Assembly (NCBI GenBank): GCA_964016885.1
Contig: OZ024741.1
Span: 201,810,001-201,874,000, forward strand
Length of the DNA stretch: 64,000 nucleotides
From: Eledone cirrhosa
Lineage: Eukaryota
Direction of reading: 5' to 3'
Both the position numbers and the translations under genes were made by a program. This document shows positions 38,701-50,780 of the stretch, piece by piece. Numbering within the stretch: the first letter of the stretch is position 1; each line of letters opens with the position of its first letter. The notes under the pieces are model-generated. The model was not told where the DNA came from, made no database searches, and saw nothing but the letters and a program-made list of their open reading frames with translations.

Positions 38701-40269
38701 CTTATGGCTATTGATTCGAATATGAGGCAAACCAAATGTCAAAAGAAAACAATAAGAAAAAAGCTGACCACTAAAAAGACTTCTGATACTGCTGGCCTTG
38801 AAACTGTTCTTAAAGTTGGCGTTAATGCTCGAGTTATGCTTAAACGCAACATCGATCTTCAGAAAGGCTTGTGCAATGGTGCAATGGGAACTGTAAAGCA
38901 ACTCAATTATGAGTTTGGAAAAATTACTTCCATTGACGTTCTCTTTGAGAGTACAAACCAAATTGTTGCCATCAAACGTGTCAAAGCCGATTACGAATTG
39001 TCTCCTAGTGTTTTTATCACTAGAGAACAATATCCCTTGTGCATTGCATATGCAATTTCCATCCACAAATCACAGGGAATAAGTGTCGATGGAGTCGTTG
39101 TTGATTTGGGCACTGGCGTTTTTGCAGACGGTATGGCCTATGTAGCCTTGTCTAGAGCCCGCAAACTGTGCAATGTTTACTTGATTGATCTTGATCCAAC
39201 GAGTTTGATCATGTGCGACTCTAGTGCTTGGAGAGAATACAATTATTTGAGAGAGACCATTAATATGGGACCGCTTCCATTGTGTAACGTGAGGCCCAAC
39301 AGTATTGGACAGGCCAAAAAAGCAACTAAAAAAAGTAAATTTGCTATTAATATTGACAGTGGAATGGTCAACTTGGCGAATCCAAAAAAGGCCAGAACTG
39401 AGAAAACGGTTGCAAAGCCGTACATTTCGCTGATCAATGAGAGAAATGCTTGCTTTGTAAACAGCACCATGCAAGTTATACGCCAGCTGGTGTTGTTGGT
39501 TGAACATATTCAGTCCACTGATGATGTTGCTATTCGTGAAATTAGCGATATTATATCGTCATCTGGAACTAAATCGGTCGCAAATTTGAGAAATATTCTC
39601 GGTGGCAGGTTTAATAATGGTACCCAACAGTGTGCGCACGATTTTTGGAAGCACATTTATCAGTTGTTCTCTAAAAAAATTAAACAACTATTCACCTTTG
39701 AGGAAAATACTTGGCTCAGCTGCTCTAGAAAACACGAGCACAATTGCCCCAGATTGCACAATGATGAATGTTATTGTGCATCGATCAACGGCTGTGCCAC
39801 TTGCACACATATAACTGATGTCAAGTCTGATCTGACGTTGCAGCCTGTTAATGGTCGGCAGCAATTCAAAAGCTTGCTCAAAACTGATGTTTCGCTCATT
39901 AAGAGATGCGATCTGTGTGGCATTGACACCGAGCACTTTGGTACAGTTAACCATATATTTCCAAACACAATGCGTTACTTGGTTGTTTATTTGAATAGAT
40001 TCGAATATACAAACAATCAGATGATCAGAATTGATTCTGAGTTGATGAATTTCTCTCCGAACAAGCAGAGCATTTACGGCCAAAAATTCCGACTAATCGG
40101 CTCCGTCTTGCATTCACTGGCTAGTGCAGACTCCGGGCACTACACCAGCATCGTCCGCAATCAGGACAGATGGGACATTATTAACGATGCCGTTTTTTCC
40201 AAGCAGTATATAGGTTTCCCGTCGAAACTGCTTAACAACTACCTGTTGTTTTTAGAAAAGTTGAATTGA
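35767..40269 (+). mobile_element. Helentron/Helitron2 Rep, PIF1 helicase and USP (peptidase C19) ORF
   Basis: Rep motifs LFLTLSCAEYFW, RLEYQMRGAPHVH (HUH), YVTSYQTK; PIF1 motifs GVGGTDKS, APTGMAA, LIDEISMV, GDLLQLPPV, LTVNMRQ, GLCNG, SIHKSQG, YVALSR; USP Cys box NERNACFVNSTMQ and His box HSLASADSGHY..WDIINDA. Confidence 0.95.
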
Positions 40270-41764
40270 ACTTTCACCGCCAATGTACAGCAGCAAGCAT
40301 TTTTTGAAAAATTTGCTTGATCCTAAGAAAAAGTAACAGAGGTTGAGAGATGTCTTGTTATCTCTAACTATTGCTTTGTTTCTATTTCTTTAGGGCATTT
40401 CTGAATTTATTAGAATATGAATCCAGTCCCACCATTGAGATATATTATCTTCATGGTGAATGTCTGCTGTTTTTTTTACCCTCGGGAAATTGTGAAATTG
40501 GTTTGCAGCTACTATGGCCTTTTGAGATATAATATTGAAAACACATGTCACTCAACCATATTCGTGTGACCATTTTGTCACTGAACTATACTCTCCGTAT
40601 GATATCAATTTTTATGTATTATAATTTTATCAATATTTTATCTTAAATTAAGCATATTTTTATCTATTATTATCTAATTTTATAAATCTTTTATTTTTTA
40701 TCCATTATATCAACTACTTTCAATGTTGTATTATATTTTAAATTCCAATGTATTAATTTTTGTACCAGAAACTCTCTAGCGCTTTAGCATTTAAAGAGAC
40801 CATATCCGACCATAATTCTCTCGCCTCTTTCTATTCAAACTGGCCATAATTAGCCACTCATACTGATAGTAAGGTATTTTTCTCAAAACAAATAACATAA
40901 AACTCTCGTAGATTCAATATTATATGAGATAATTATATAAGGTAAAGCCTTTTATGTGAAAATACATACACTATTTTTGTGCCTTTTTTAGCAACACAAA
41001 AATCCTCTGATACTTTGGATTAATATGGCTGACTAAAATTATATATCTGCACATTGTGTGGTGTCAACTATATTTTGTTTTGTATTTTATGCTTTCTTTA
41101 AAAATTTTTTTTTTAGTCTTATATTTTAAAAATATATTAAAATAAATTATAAACGTTTTTTATTTACATATCTTTATAATGCACCTTCCAATATTGATTG
41201 TAACGTTTATTTACTTTTATATGAATGATCTAGTTAATAGTTACTTGTCCATTTGCCAATATAATATGCTTTTGTAAAAGTAATTATTAACTATTATATA
41301 TTAAATTACAAGATTTATTTATATAACATGCTTATAATATTGGTTGTATCATATTTACTTGTATATTTGTCTATATTGTTTGTTTTGTGTTAAATTATTT
41401 TATTATTATTATGTTGGATTATTTTTTTAATTATTATGTTAAACTATTTGTATGTAATATTTAATTTTTTTATTAATTCAACTATAATAATCGACATATG
41501 AAATTTAAATCAACAATAGGAGAAAAAAAAATATCTTATTGCACAAACAATAATTCTGCACAAATGTTGCTCCATTATTAGATCTAATGTTGCAACGATG
41601 CAGTTAAATGTTGTCTGTGTATTTTAAAAAAGATTTGCTTATAATCTTTTCAAATTTCATTACGCCAATGATTCAAGCTCAAATTGACATTATCTAAAAA
41701 ATTGTACAAACAGCGGTGGATTAGCAGTAGTGAACAGATAAATCAGTCAATTTATTAAGATTGA

Positions 41765-42418
41765 CTTGGCATCAATCAGCAAGACCTTCATTAGCTGCTC
41801 TCCAGCCATCTATTTAAAGCTGTATACATCTATGGTACGAATACACTTGGAGTTCGCGTCATCAGTCTGGAACCCCTATCTTGCTCAGAACATTGACCTC
41901 CTGGAAACTGTTCAGAGACATGCAACCAAGCGCATACCCTCCATCAGACACCTACCATACCCTGAATATTTTGCTTCCCTCTGGCAATGGACTTGGTAAA
42001 CACCCACAAAGTTATTAACCATCCGACCAACAACAACCCCGAACACCTTTTTGATCTCCATGTGTCTAACACATGGACATGCCTACAAAGTCAGAAAACA
42101 ACACAGCTCCCATGACTTTAGGAAATATTTCTTCATGCTCAGAGTTGCTGAAGGATGGAACAAACTTCCTGCATCAGTTGTTAGCTGATGACACACTGCA
42201 TCCTTTAAAACCATCATACATTCCGAAATACACCAAAACTACACCTGATGTCCCCCTTCCATACACATGCACATATGTGTATATCATGACTCATGCACTG
42301 TTCTTTTTTCCTGACGTTTTTATATTACCCTATGTATTATATATGCACTTTTGATGAGTTGTAGTGCACCTCAGCATTGTACACAATATTTTCATTATTA
42401 TTATCATTATTATTATTA
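41765..42418 (+). mobile_element. CR1/L2-group LINE 3' fragment
   Basis: LYTSMVRIHLEFASSVWNPY..LETVQRHATKRIP; (ATT)n tail. Confidence 0.85.
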
Positions 42419-43609
42419 CACTCATTGATCCATTTTGCACTAACTCTGCATCAAGCACCCTCACCTAAATATTAACCAATCAAGGATCCAATACAGCTAT
42501 CTGTTGGATGAGTATTGTATAGTGCCAAAATCGAAACCAATCAGTTTAGCAGAAAGTTTCCAGACAAGAAACACGCATATTTTGCTATCCTCAAACACGT
42601 TTACACATGGCATGAAATATAACTAATCCGAGATGGCTAGGTTTCATCTTCTAACTGGATATACGAAATCCATTATGTCTTGACAACAACATGAGGTAAC
42701 ATTATGTTATTCACAGACACACTTTGTACACTGTTCCATATCAGAATGTATTTCCTTCGTCACATTCACAAACAGTATTGAAAATATGTTCTTCGGCAAA
42801 TAAAAATGTTTTGTTCATAATATTTCAACTAGCGATTGCTCTACTCCACGCACGACCACCATAAATTAATGACCAGCTCAACACAAGTTTTGGTAGAGCG
42901 TCATACACCATGCTTTGCAGTATTGTTATGGTCCTTTGCATTCTAAGTTCAAATCCTGCCGAGGTTAACTTCGACTTTCATACTTACTAATTCGATAAAA
43001 TAAAGTACCAGTAATGGACTGCCGTAATGGATTTGTGCCGAAAAATAGAAACACTATTAATGTGCAATAAGAGCAAAATATAACGACATTGCTCAATTAT
43101 TTTATCTAATGTTGTAATAACACAAGGAAATGTTGTTTGTGTATTTTTTTTTATATTTGCTCATAGGCTTTTACAATTTCGCTCAGCCAACAACTATTAA
43201 AAAGTGAGTTGCTTAAGATAACAATTTAATCACAAATTGTTGCTATCTTTTAATACACTCCAACAAGTCATCAAATTATGTACAATAAAAACAAATCTTA
43301 TTAATTTGCTCAGGGAATATAAAGAAAATGTATATACACTGATAATTGCAATTGTATGTAAATATTTTGTTTTTGTATTGTTTATTTTATGTTTTCTATT
43401 ATGTATAATATATTGATTTAATATTGATTGTTTTTTGTAGTTGTTTATATTAAAAGTCTGAAAATATTTTTATACATCTTACACTAATATTTATAAGATA
43501 ATTTAGAATAACAATTACATAATCTAATTACATTACAACGATAATTTATTATTAATATATATCCTGTTTAACTAGAGTTATTACAAGCGTTGCCTTAAAA
43601 AAATATTAA

Positions 43610-44565
43610 ACTAGACATGAAAAATGCGCAAGCTCAAAAGTGCCACAGAATGTTATAATAAACCTTCAAAAGTGTGGGACTAGAGTTGTTGCTAAAAAAT
43701 ATTGTAATCATTATATATCGTACATTCTGTGGCATCCTTTATAAAAATAGCTTAAACCAACGAAGCCTTTATTTTTACGCTATTTCACTTAGTTAATTCT
43801 TAGAGTGTAACATATAAAAATAAATACATCTATGTTTAATGTAATAACAGCTATAAATAATTACGTAATATTATTATCATATACTCATAGTAACAAAATA
43901 ATTGTGTTGAAACTTAATATGATGCTTATATGAACGATCAAATCTATAATGATAATTTCTTAAATATACTAATAGTAAAATAATTTAGTTATCTATTGTT
44001 ACATTTTCATAGAACTATAATATTAACAATCGTATTGCATTATCAAATTTTTATCACTACAAACTTTCATATTGGAATTACCTTAAGCCACTTATTATTA
44101 CTTCGCTTTCGTACTTTTACAGCTGTAGATATTGCGCTGTATCTTATATCTAATATCAATATCTCATGGTAATTTGCATGAAGTGTAAAATAGTTTTATT
44201 AATAACTTTAATATGAAATGTATTATACAGGGCTGCGGAGTCGGCCAAAAATTGACTGGCTCCAACTCAGGATCCGATACTCCATTATTTCCTAAATTTC
44301 AGCTCCGCAGCTCTGTTATTATATTAATTTATTTATTTTGTAGTTGTAAATCATATTTTTATATGTTACACTCTAAGAATTAACTAAGTGAAATAGCGTA
44401 AAAATAAAGGCTTCGTTGGTTTAAGCTATTTTTATAAAGGATGCCACAGCATGTACGATATATAATGATTACAATATTTTTTAGCAACAACTCTAGTCCC
44501 ACACTTTTGAAGGTTTATTATAACATTCTGTGGCACTTTTGAGCTTGCGCATTTTTCATGTCTAG

Positions 44566-44566
<1 letters not shown>
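43610..44566. repeat. Fold-back structure with 213-bp inverted arms (43610-43822, 44354-44566)
   Basis: actagacatgaaaaatgcgcaagc... is the reverse complement of ...gcttgcgcatttttcatgtctagt. Confidence 0.9.
44228..44316. mobile_element. Small hAT-like MITE
   Basis: TIRs cagggctgcggag / ctccgcagctctg; near-perfect 8-bp flanks gtattata / ttattata. Confidence 0.55.
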
Positions 44567-44593
<27 letters not shown>

Positions 44594-44597
<4 letters not shown>

Positions 44598-45882
44598 GTG
44601 CGGACAATATTTGTTCGCAAGATTACTGTCTAGGAAAAATTAACACAGTAGTTTTATTTTTTAAGATATATTTATCAAACTTGGGTCAGTTTGTCTTTAT
44701 GACTTGTTCTTTCGATCTCACTCGATAAACTCGCCATTGGCTTTGATGACGGCTTCAAGGAGGCCTCGGAACCGGCTACAGGCCTTCGTCACTGTCCCTC
44801 GACTTAGACCCCTAAAGGCACTTGTGATCCTGGCCTTCAGATCGTCTTTCGTATTGCAGCTAGATCTGTTGGTGTCTCGTTCCACTGCGCCCCACACAAA
44901 GAAGTCGAGAGGGTTGCAGTCAGGCGAGCTGAGAGGCTAGATGTCAGGTGAAGTGTGGTCGACGAAGTTCTCTTACAGCCAGGCTTGGGTCTTTTGGCTG
45001 GTATGGCAGGGCGCTGAGTCTTGCTGCCACACGTACGGCCTACCTGCAGCTACCTGGTCGATCCAGGGCTTTACTACCTCACTCAGAACGCGGATGTAAC
45101 CATCGGTGTTTAGCTTGAGGCCCTCAGGGAAGAAGTGAGGTTGTATGACGACACCTAAGACCAATGTTGTCGCTGGAAACTTTGTCTGCATGACTCTGGG
45201 CACGTCTTTGGATGAGACAGCGAACCACCTGTTGTTCTGGGAGTTGATCTTCTGGTCTTGGCAGAAGTTTTTCTCGTAGTAGAAAAACCACAGCATGTCT
45301 GGCTCCAGTGGGTGTTTCAACTTGTTGATCAGCTTCTTTGCGTGCTTCAGTCGCTTTTCTTGCATCGCCTTTGACAGAAATTGTCCTTTCCTCATCTTGT
45401 ATGAAACATAGCGAATGTCTTCATGTACCACCAGCCTAATGAGCTTTTCATCCACGCCTTTCTCCCTTGCAATGGCATGCATCGACTTGCTAGGTTCATT
45501 GTTGATGATATCCTGAACTTCAGCGACGAACTCAGGCGTTCTGAAGGTGTCAGATCGTCGATCATGTGTTTTCCTCTCTGATGTTGCTTCGTAGTCGAAT
45601 CCTGAATCTTCCAATTCCTTTCTGACCTTTTCCACCATTCTCCTGCTGACGCTGAGAAAGTCTGAAATTTCCTTATTTGTCCTCCCGGCGCGGATTCCAA
45701 GAAGAACTCCGTGTCTCTTCCACAAATTTGGAGGTTCAAAATTATTCATAATCAATTATTCTGAAAATAAATAATGGAAATATAGTCAGTGTTTTTATGA
45801 AGACAAGAGTGACAACGGAAGTAAAAAAAATTTGCATAAAATTAGCAGTTGAAAATTGCGAACAAATATCGTCCACACCCTG
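44594..45882 (-). mobile_element. Tc1/mariner DD37D (maT-type) transposon, full length, inactive
   Basis: TIRs cagagtgcggacaatatttgttcgcaa / ttgcgaacaaatatcgtccacaccctg flanked by TA; QQDSAPCH to SPDCNPLD spacing of 37 aa; first Asp motif reads FYYEK; two internal stops. Confidence 0.92.
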
Positions 45883-46289
45883 TATATATATATATATACA
45901 TACACGAGGGTGGGCTGAAAAGTTCATAGGCTGACTCTTAGAATTCTGTGATGCGAATGAGCTAACCATTTGCAACACAAATTTCAGGAATTCAGCCAAC
46001 CACCTGATTTCATGTACATGTATAGTTTACATGTACTGTCAGGGTGGTAGTTCCATAGCTGTGTTCTGTGGTTTACATTTTCTGTCAGGATGGTAGCACT
46101 GTAGTTGTATTGTAGGGTTTACATGCCTTGTCAGGATGGCAGTACAGCAGTTTTGTTGTTGTATGATTTACATGTTGTTTCAGTGTGGTAGTGCTGCAGC
46201 AGTGTTGTTGTATACATTACCTGTTCTGCCAGGGTGGTAGTGCTATAGCATTGTTGTATGGATTACATGTTGTGTCTTGCTTGTAGTGT

Positions 46290-47050
46290 TGTATGAAAGT
46301 GACCGAAAGAGTTATAGCACAGCTAATTAGGGAAAGAGTCAAATTAGTTTGGTTTTGTGCCTGGGAAAAGTACTACTGATGCCCTCTTTCTCGTGAGGCA
46401 ACTACTAGGGAAGTTTCTAACCAAGAATAAGACACAATATTCAGCCTTTGTTGATCTAGAAAAGGCCTTTGACAAAGTAACTCAATCTATTATGTAGTGA
46501 TCCTTAAGGAAATTAGGTGTAGAAGAATGAGTTGTGAGAGCAGTGTAAGCCATTTACAAAGGAGCTGGCAGTAAAAAGTAGGAAGTGGTTTTAATGAGGA
46601 ATTCAAAGTGCATCAAGGATCAGTTCTTAGCTCACTGTTGTTCATCATAGTTCTACAGAGGAGTTCAAGACTAACTGTCCATGGGAACTTCTCTATGCAG
46701 ATGATCTGATCTTTATAGCTGAATCCATAAAATAACTAGAGAATAAGTTCTGACTACGGAAACTGAATTTGGAATAAAAAGGTCTGAGAGTAAACTAACC
46801 AAAATTAAACTGCCGGTAAGTAAGAAAGAATATAGGACCCTGATTCCTTCAGGGAAGTGGCCCTGCTCAATATATAGAAAAAGAGTAGGCATAAACTTCA
46901 TATGATGTACACAATGTAAATCTTATGTGCACAAGAAATGTAGTGAGATAATAGGTAGACTATAGGAAGGGAAGACTTTGTATGTAAAATATACACAAGG
47001 GTAATCGAGAGGAAGAATATCACTTGTATGAATACTTCATATGATTGGAA
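46290..47050 (+). mobile_element. Decayed RTE LINE RT fragment
   Basis: Similar to 15070-15850 (gttgatctagaaaaggcctttgac; ccatgggaacttctctatgcagatgatct); many stops. Confidence 0.85.
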
Positions 47051-47089
47051 AAGGGTTTTATCACTGATATTCTTCCTCTCGATCAGAAT

Positions 47090-48065
47090 CAACCATCTCC
47101 AACTGATCCAGCTGGATCCCCAAGCATAACCAGCCAAGCTCATAGATGTTATCCACCCATCTTGCTCAGGGTCTACCCCTGGATCTCCTGCTGGTTGGGT
47201 TTGCCCATAAAATCTGTCCAATAATTCTTTCCAGAGACATTCTAACCACATGCCCATAGTATCAGAGCTGTGATCTTTCAATTTGGAGAAGTAGTGGATC
47301 TATCTGGAGTGATTCTCTGATCTATGAGCTACACACTTTATTGAGTGATGTTACTCCAAAGATCCTTCAGAGCAACCCCATTCTGGCTGCTTGTATTTGT
47401 GACTGTATTTTTTCAGTCATTACCCAAGATTCATGACCATAGGTAAGGGTTGGTGCAAATACTAAATTGAAGATAGCAAGTTTGGCTTTACACCTACCTC
47501 TCTTCTGATTACCGAATACTGAAGCTGGCCTTCCATCACTGGTGAATATGGCCCTGAAATACTTGAATTTCTCCACCTGCTTCAGTGGAACTCCATTCAC
47601 ATGTAGAGTGCACTACAAAGGCTTCCCTGAGAGGACAAACGTCTCAGTTTTCACAGTAGGTCTTTGAGAAATCATGGAAGTACTGCTAAGAGGTGTATTC
47701 TTGCTTTGTAGATCTCGAAAAGGCATTTGACTGTGTTCCACAGGACCTGCAGTGGAAGGTATCGATGGTCAGTTTGGTGCCCTGATGTCTCTATACATAT
47801 ACCCAAGTATTTATGATCAGATAAACGGTGCTAAATGAAAAGCATTCAATGTGGGAGTTGGACTCCTCCAAGGGTGCACCTGTCATCTCTCCTGTTCATT
47901 ATTTACATGAACAGGATTGACATGTGCAGCCAGGCTGGAAGTGGTATTATGACTGGCAGGTGTAGAATAAGTCGGCTGGAATTTGCAGACAACACGGTAT
48001 TACTTAATTTGACTTGGACTTGATAGGTTTGATGCTGAGTACAGCATAGCTGGAATGAAAATCAG
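47090..48065. mobile_element. Rearranged RTE fragments (47090-47660 minus, 47660-48065 plus)
   Basis: QVEKFKYF..TYGHESW..QAARMG on the minus strand; LSSLLFIIYM..LEFADN on the plus strand. Confidence 0.75.
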
Positions 48066-49769
48066 AAAATTAGTAATAATTTCTAAATCCTTCCAAATTC
48101 TTGATTGCCTAAGATTTTCAATTCATTTAAAAATCAGTGTCTTTCATTAGAAATACAAGCAGAAAAACCACCTTTCGGGTGGTTTTCTGCTCGCATGTTT
48201 AGTCTGTATATTGATATTATACGCAGGCATATATACATGTAGATATGATACATCAAATAAAATCGTAATTGACAATATATAATACATAGAAATTGAACGA
48301 AGACTGTGTTACACTGTCTTATTTAATCAGTAACGTAATCCATGATATATTAAAAAAAGACAATATTATATATTAGGAAAAAATTAGTGACAGAAATATA
48401 TGAATATTTATTTAAACAATCGTTAACCGGAAGTGGTGACATTTGAAAATTTTAAAGAAGTGAATCTTTAAATAAGTAATAAAATATATTTATTAAACAG
48501 CCACGAAATTTAGTAGATAAATTATGTAATATTCATTCATTATTTATTCAAAGTAATCCAACTTATTTTACTAAGGGGATAAAAAATTATAAACAGTACG
48601 CAGTCCCGCGCTTCTGACTTTATTATAGTTTAGATTGTAACAAAAGTGTTAAATATTATTATTAGTGTTACATATTCAATGGGAATTTATGTTGTGTCAT
48701 CATAGATTAAGTGCCATATCTTTGATTGTTGATAATTTACAGTTCTTTTGCCTATTTTTATTAAAAATTTTAAATCAATATTGTAAAGTACATCAAAAGC
48801 AACACTATTACCAATGTACTATTTAAAAAAGGGGGTTGTTCGCAAAAGTTCTTTGTTAGATATAAAGACAGATTTTTTTATGGTAGTAAATGGAAAGGGT
48901 GTGTCAAATTTGTAAAAGTTTAGCTGCACTAAAATCCTGAATTCCACTATTTGACCTAGATTAAGGAATATAACAAATTGTTTAGACAAGCTATCTTTTA
49001 TAGAATAAACTTTATGCAAACAACAATCTATTTTTAAAAGACATACTACCTACAACACTTATTTAATGCAAGAAAGTGAAACCACACACTGGAAGAAAGT
49101 TACGTGATACATATGCATTTGATACTACACAAATATTTGCTGGAGAAAATTTGTTAAAGTTCATCAATTATGATATTTCTGACCATACAAAAAACAAGGC
49201 TAATGGTTTCTAAGAATTTCTGAAACAAGCAACATCAGAATTTGTGGTATAATTGATAGTAGATGAGGCAACTGATACAGTAAATATGGTATCATCATCA
49301 TCATCTTCATCATTGGCCCCATCGTTTTTAGCTCCACTTTTCCATGGGTTGGACAGGATATTACAGTGGGATGTTCTTCCTGATGCTACCACTTTTAGTT
49401 TCCTTTTACGGCATACAGAGGAGGAGGAGAAGAAGAAGAAGCAGAAGAAGATATTAATTTTGACAAAAGAGGGGTCAATATATATTGGTACATTATCAAA
49501 TATTTTTTTAAAAAATAAATTGCTCTGAAGTGGTAGACCAATGGCCATATGTTGAAACACCAATGTGATATCCACTGTCCTTATCAAGTGGAATACTAAC
49601 CATTTCACTGACTAGAGATATTCTTACAAGCCTTGTTAATGATTCCATCTCAACTAGACTTGTCGCAAAAGACACCATGAAGAGTAGCTTTATAACAATG
49701 CTTGCTACATTTTTGTTTTCTGATTTGTTTTCTGATTTGTTTTCTGATTTGTTTTCTGAAAATTGGGAT

Positions 49770-50780
49770 TATCACTCGTGCTTAGATGCTTTTCCAGAGA
49801 TCCAGGCCACCTGGCACATACGAGTGAGCCAGAGAATACCTTCTGTATTTAAGGCTTTTAACATCTCAGGATGGATTTCATTCTCCTCAGTGGCCTTGAC
49901 ACATTTGAACTCTTGAACTGATCTTGTGACCTCAGCCTCCAAGGATTTAGTCATCCCAGATACACCTCATGTACATCTGAAGATGCTGTTGTGATCAGGT
50001 TTAGGAGATCAGCAAAGTATTCTCTCTACCTTGCGAGGATGCACCTCTCTGAAGAGAGAACCCTGGTGCGTCCCTGATAGCAGATGTGGATGATCTACCA
50101 GAACACTTTATTTTCTGGTCTGAAGTTAAATTCCAGCTTAATCCCAAAGTCCTCCCATGGATGCCTTTACTGTCTCTGCTGCAATGTTTTGTGCATGTTT
50201 GTACTGCAAATATAAGAAGGAGGACTTCTTTCCAAGCCAAGTTTTGTAGGCCTCCTTCCTTGCTTGGATGGCATCCATTGCCACACCAAACCTCTTTTGC
50301 CCACAGCATTTAACAGTTGAAGCAGAAACTGCTGAGCTGAACAATCTCCATTCCATTTCAACATCCTCAGTTTGCTCAGGGAGTTCTCTGAATTTGGATG
50401 CAATAGTATCTGCATACCTGGTCCTGACTTGGAGTAATGTCACTCAATAGAGTGTAACTTGGAGATTAGAGAGTCACTACAGATAGAGCTGCTAATTGTC
50501 TGAATTTAGAGATCACAGCTCTGATACTACGAGCATCTGGTTAAAATGTCCAAGGAAAGAATCACTGGACAGATTTTACGGGCAAAACCAGCCAGCAGGA
50601 GACCCAGGGGTAGACTCTGAAGAAGATGGTTGGATAACATCCTTGAACGTGGCTGGTCTCACTTGGGGATCCAGCCAGATCAGTTGGAGACGGTTGTTTC
50701 TGACAGGATCTGCTTGAAGGAGTGTTTGAGAACTTTTCCCCCATGACCCTCTCAGGAATAAGTGAGTGAAGAAGAAGATA
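49770..50780. mobile_element. Rearranged RTE fragments (49770-50450 minus, 50455-50780 plus)
   Basis: EIHPEMLKAL..GILWLTRMCQVAW; 3' end similar to 29040-29300 with a (GAA)n tail. Confidence 0.75.

Noticed and set aside
35716-40083. Multiple minus-strand ORFs overlapping the Helentron
   Set aside because: Antisense shadows of a long coding frame with no recognisable motifs.
33547-40269. Viral or host origin of the Rep-helicase-USP ORF
   Set aside because: No capsid or polymerase genes nearby; the Rep and N-terminal motifs are Helentron-type and fused to PIF1, unlike host PIF1 or USP genes.
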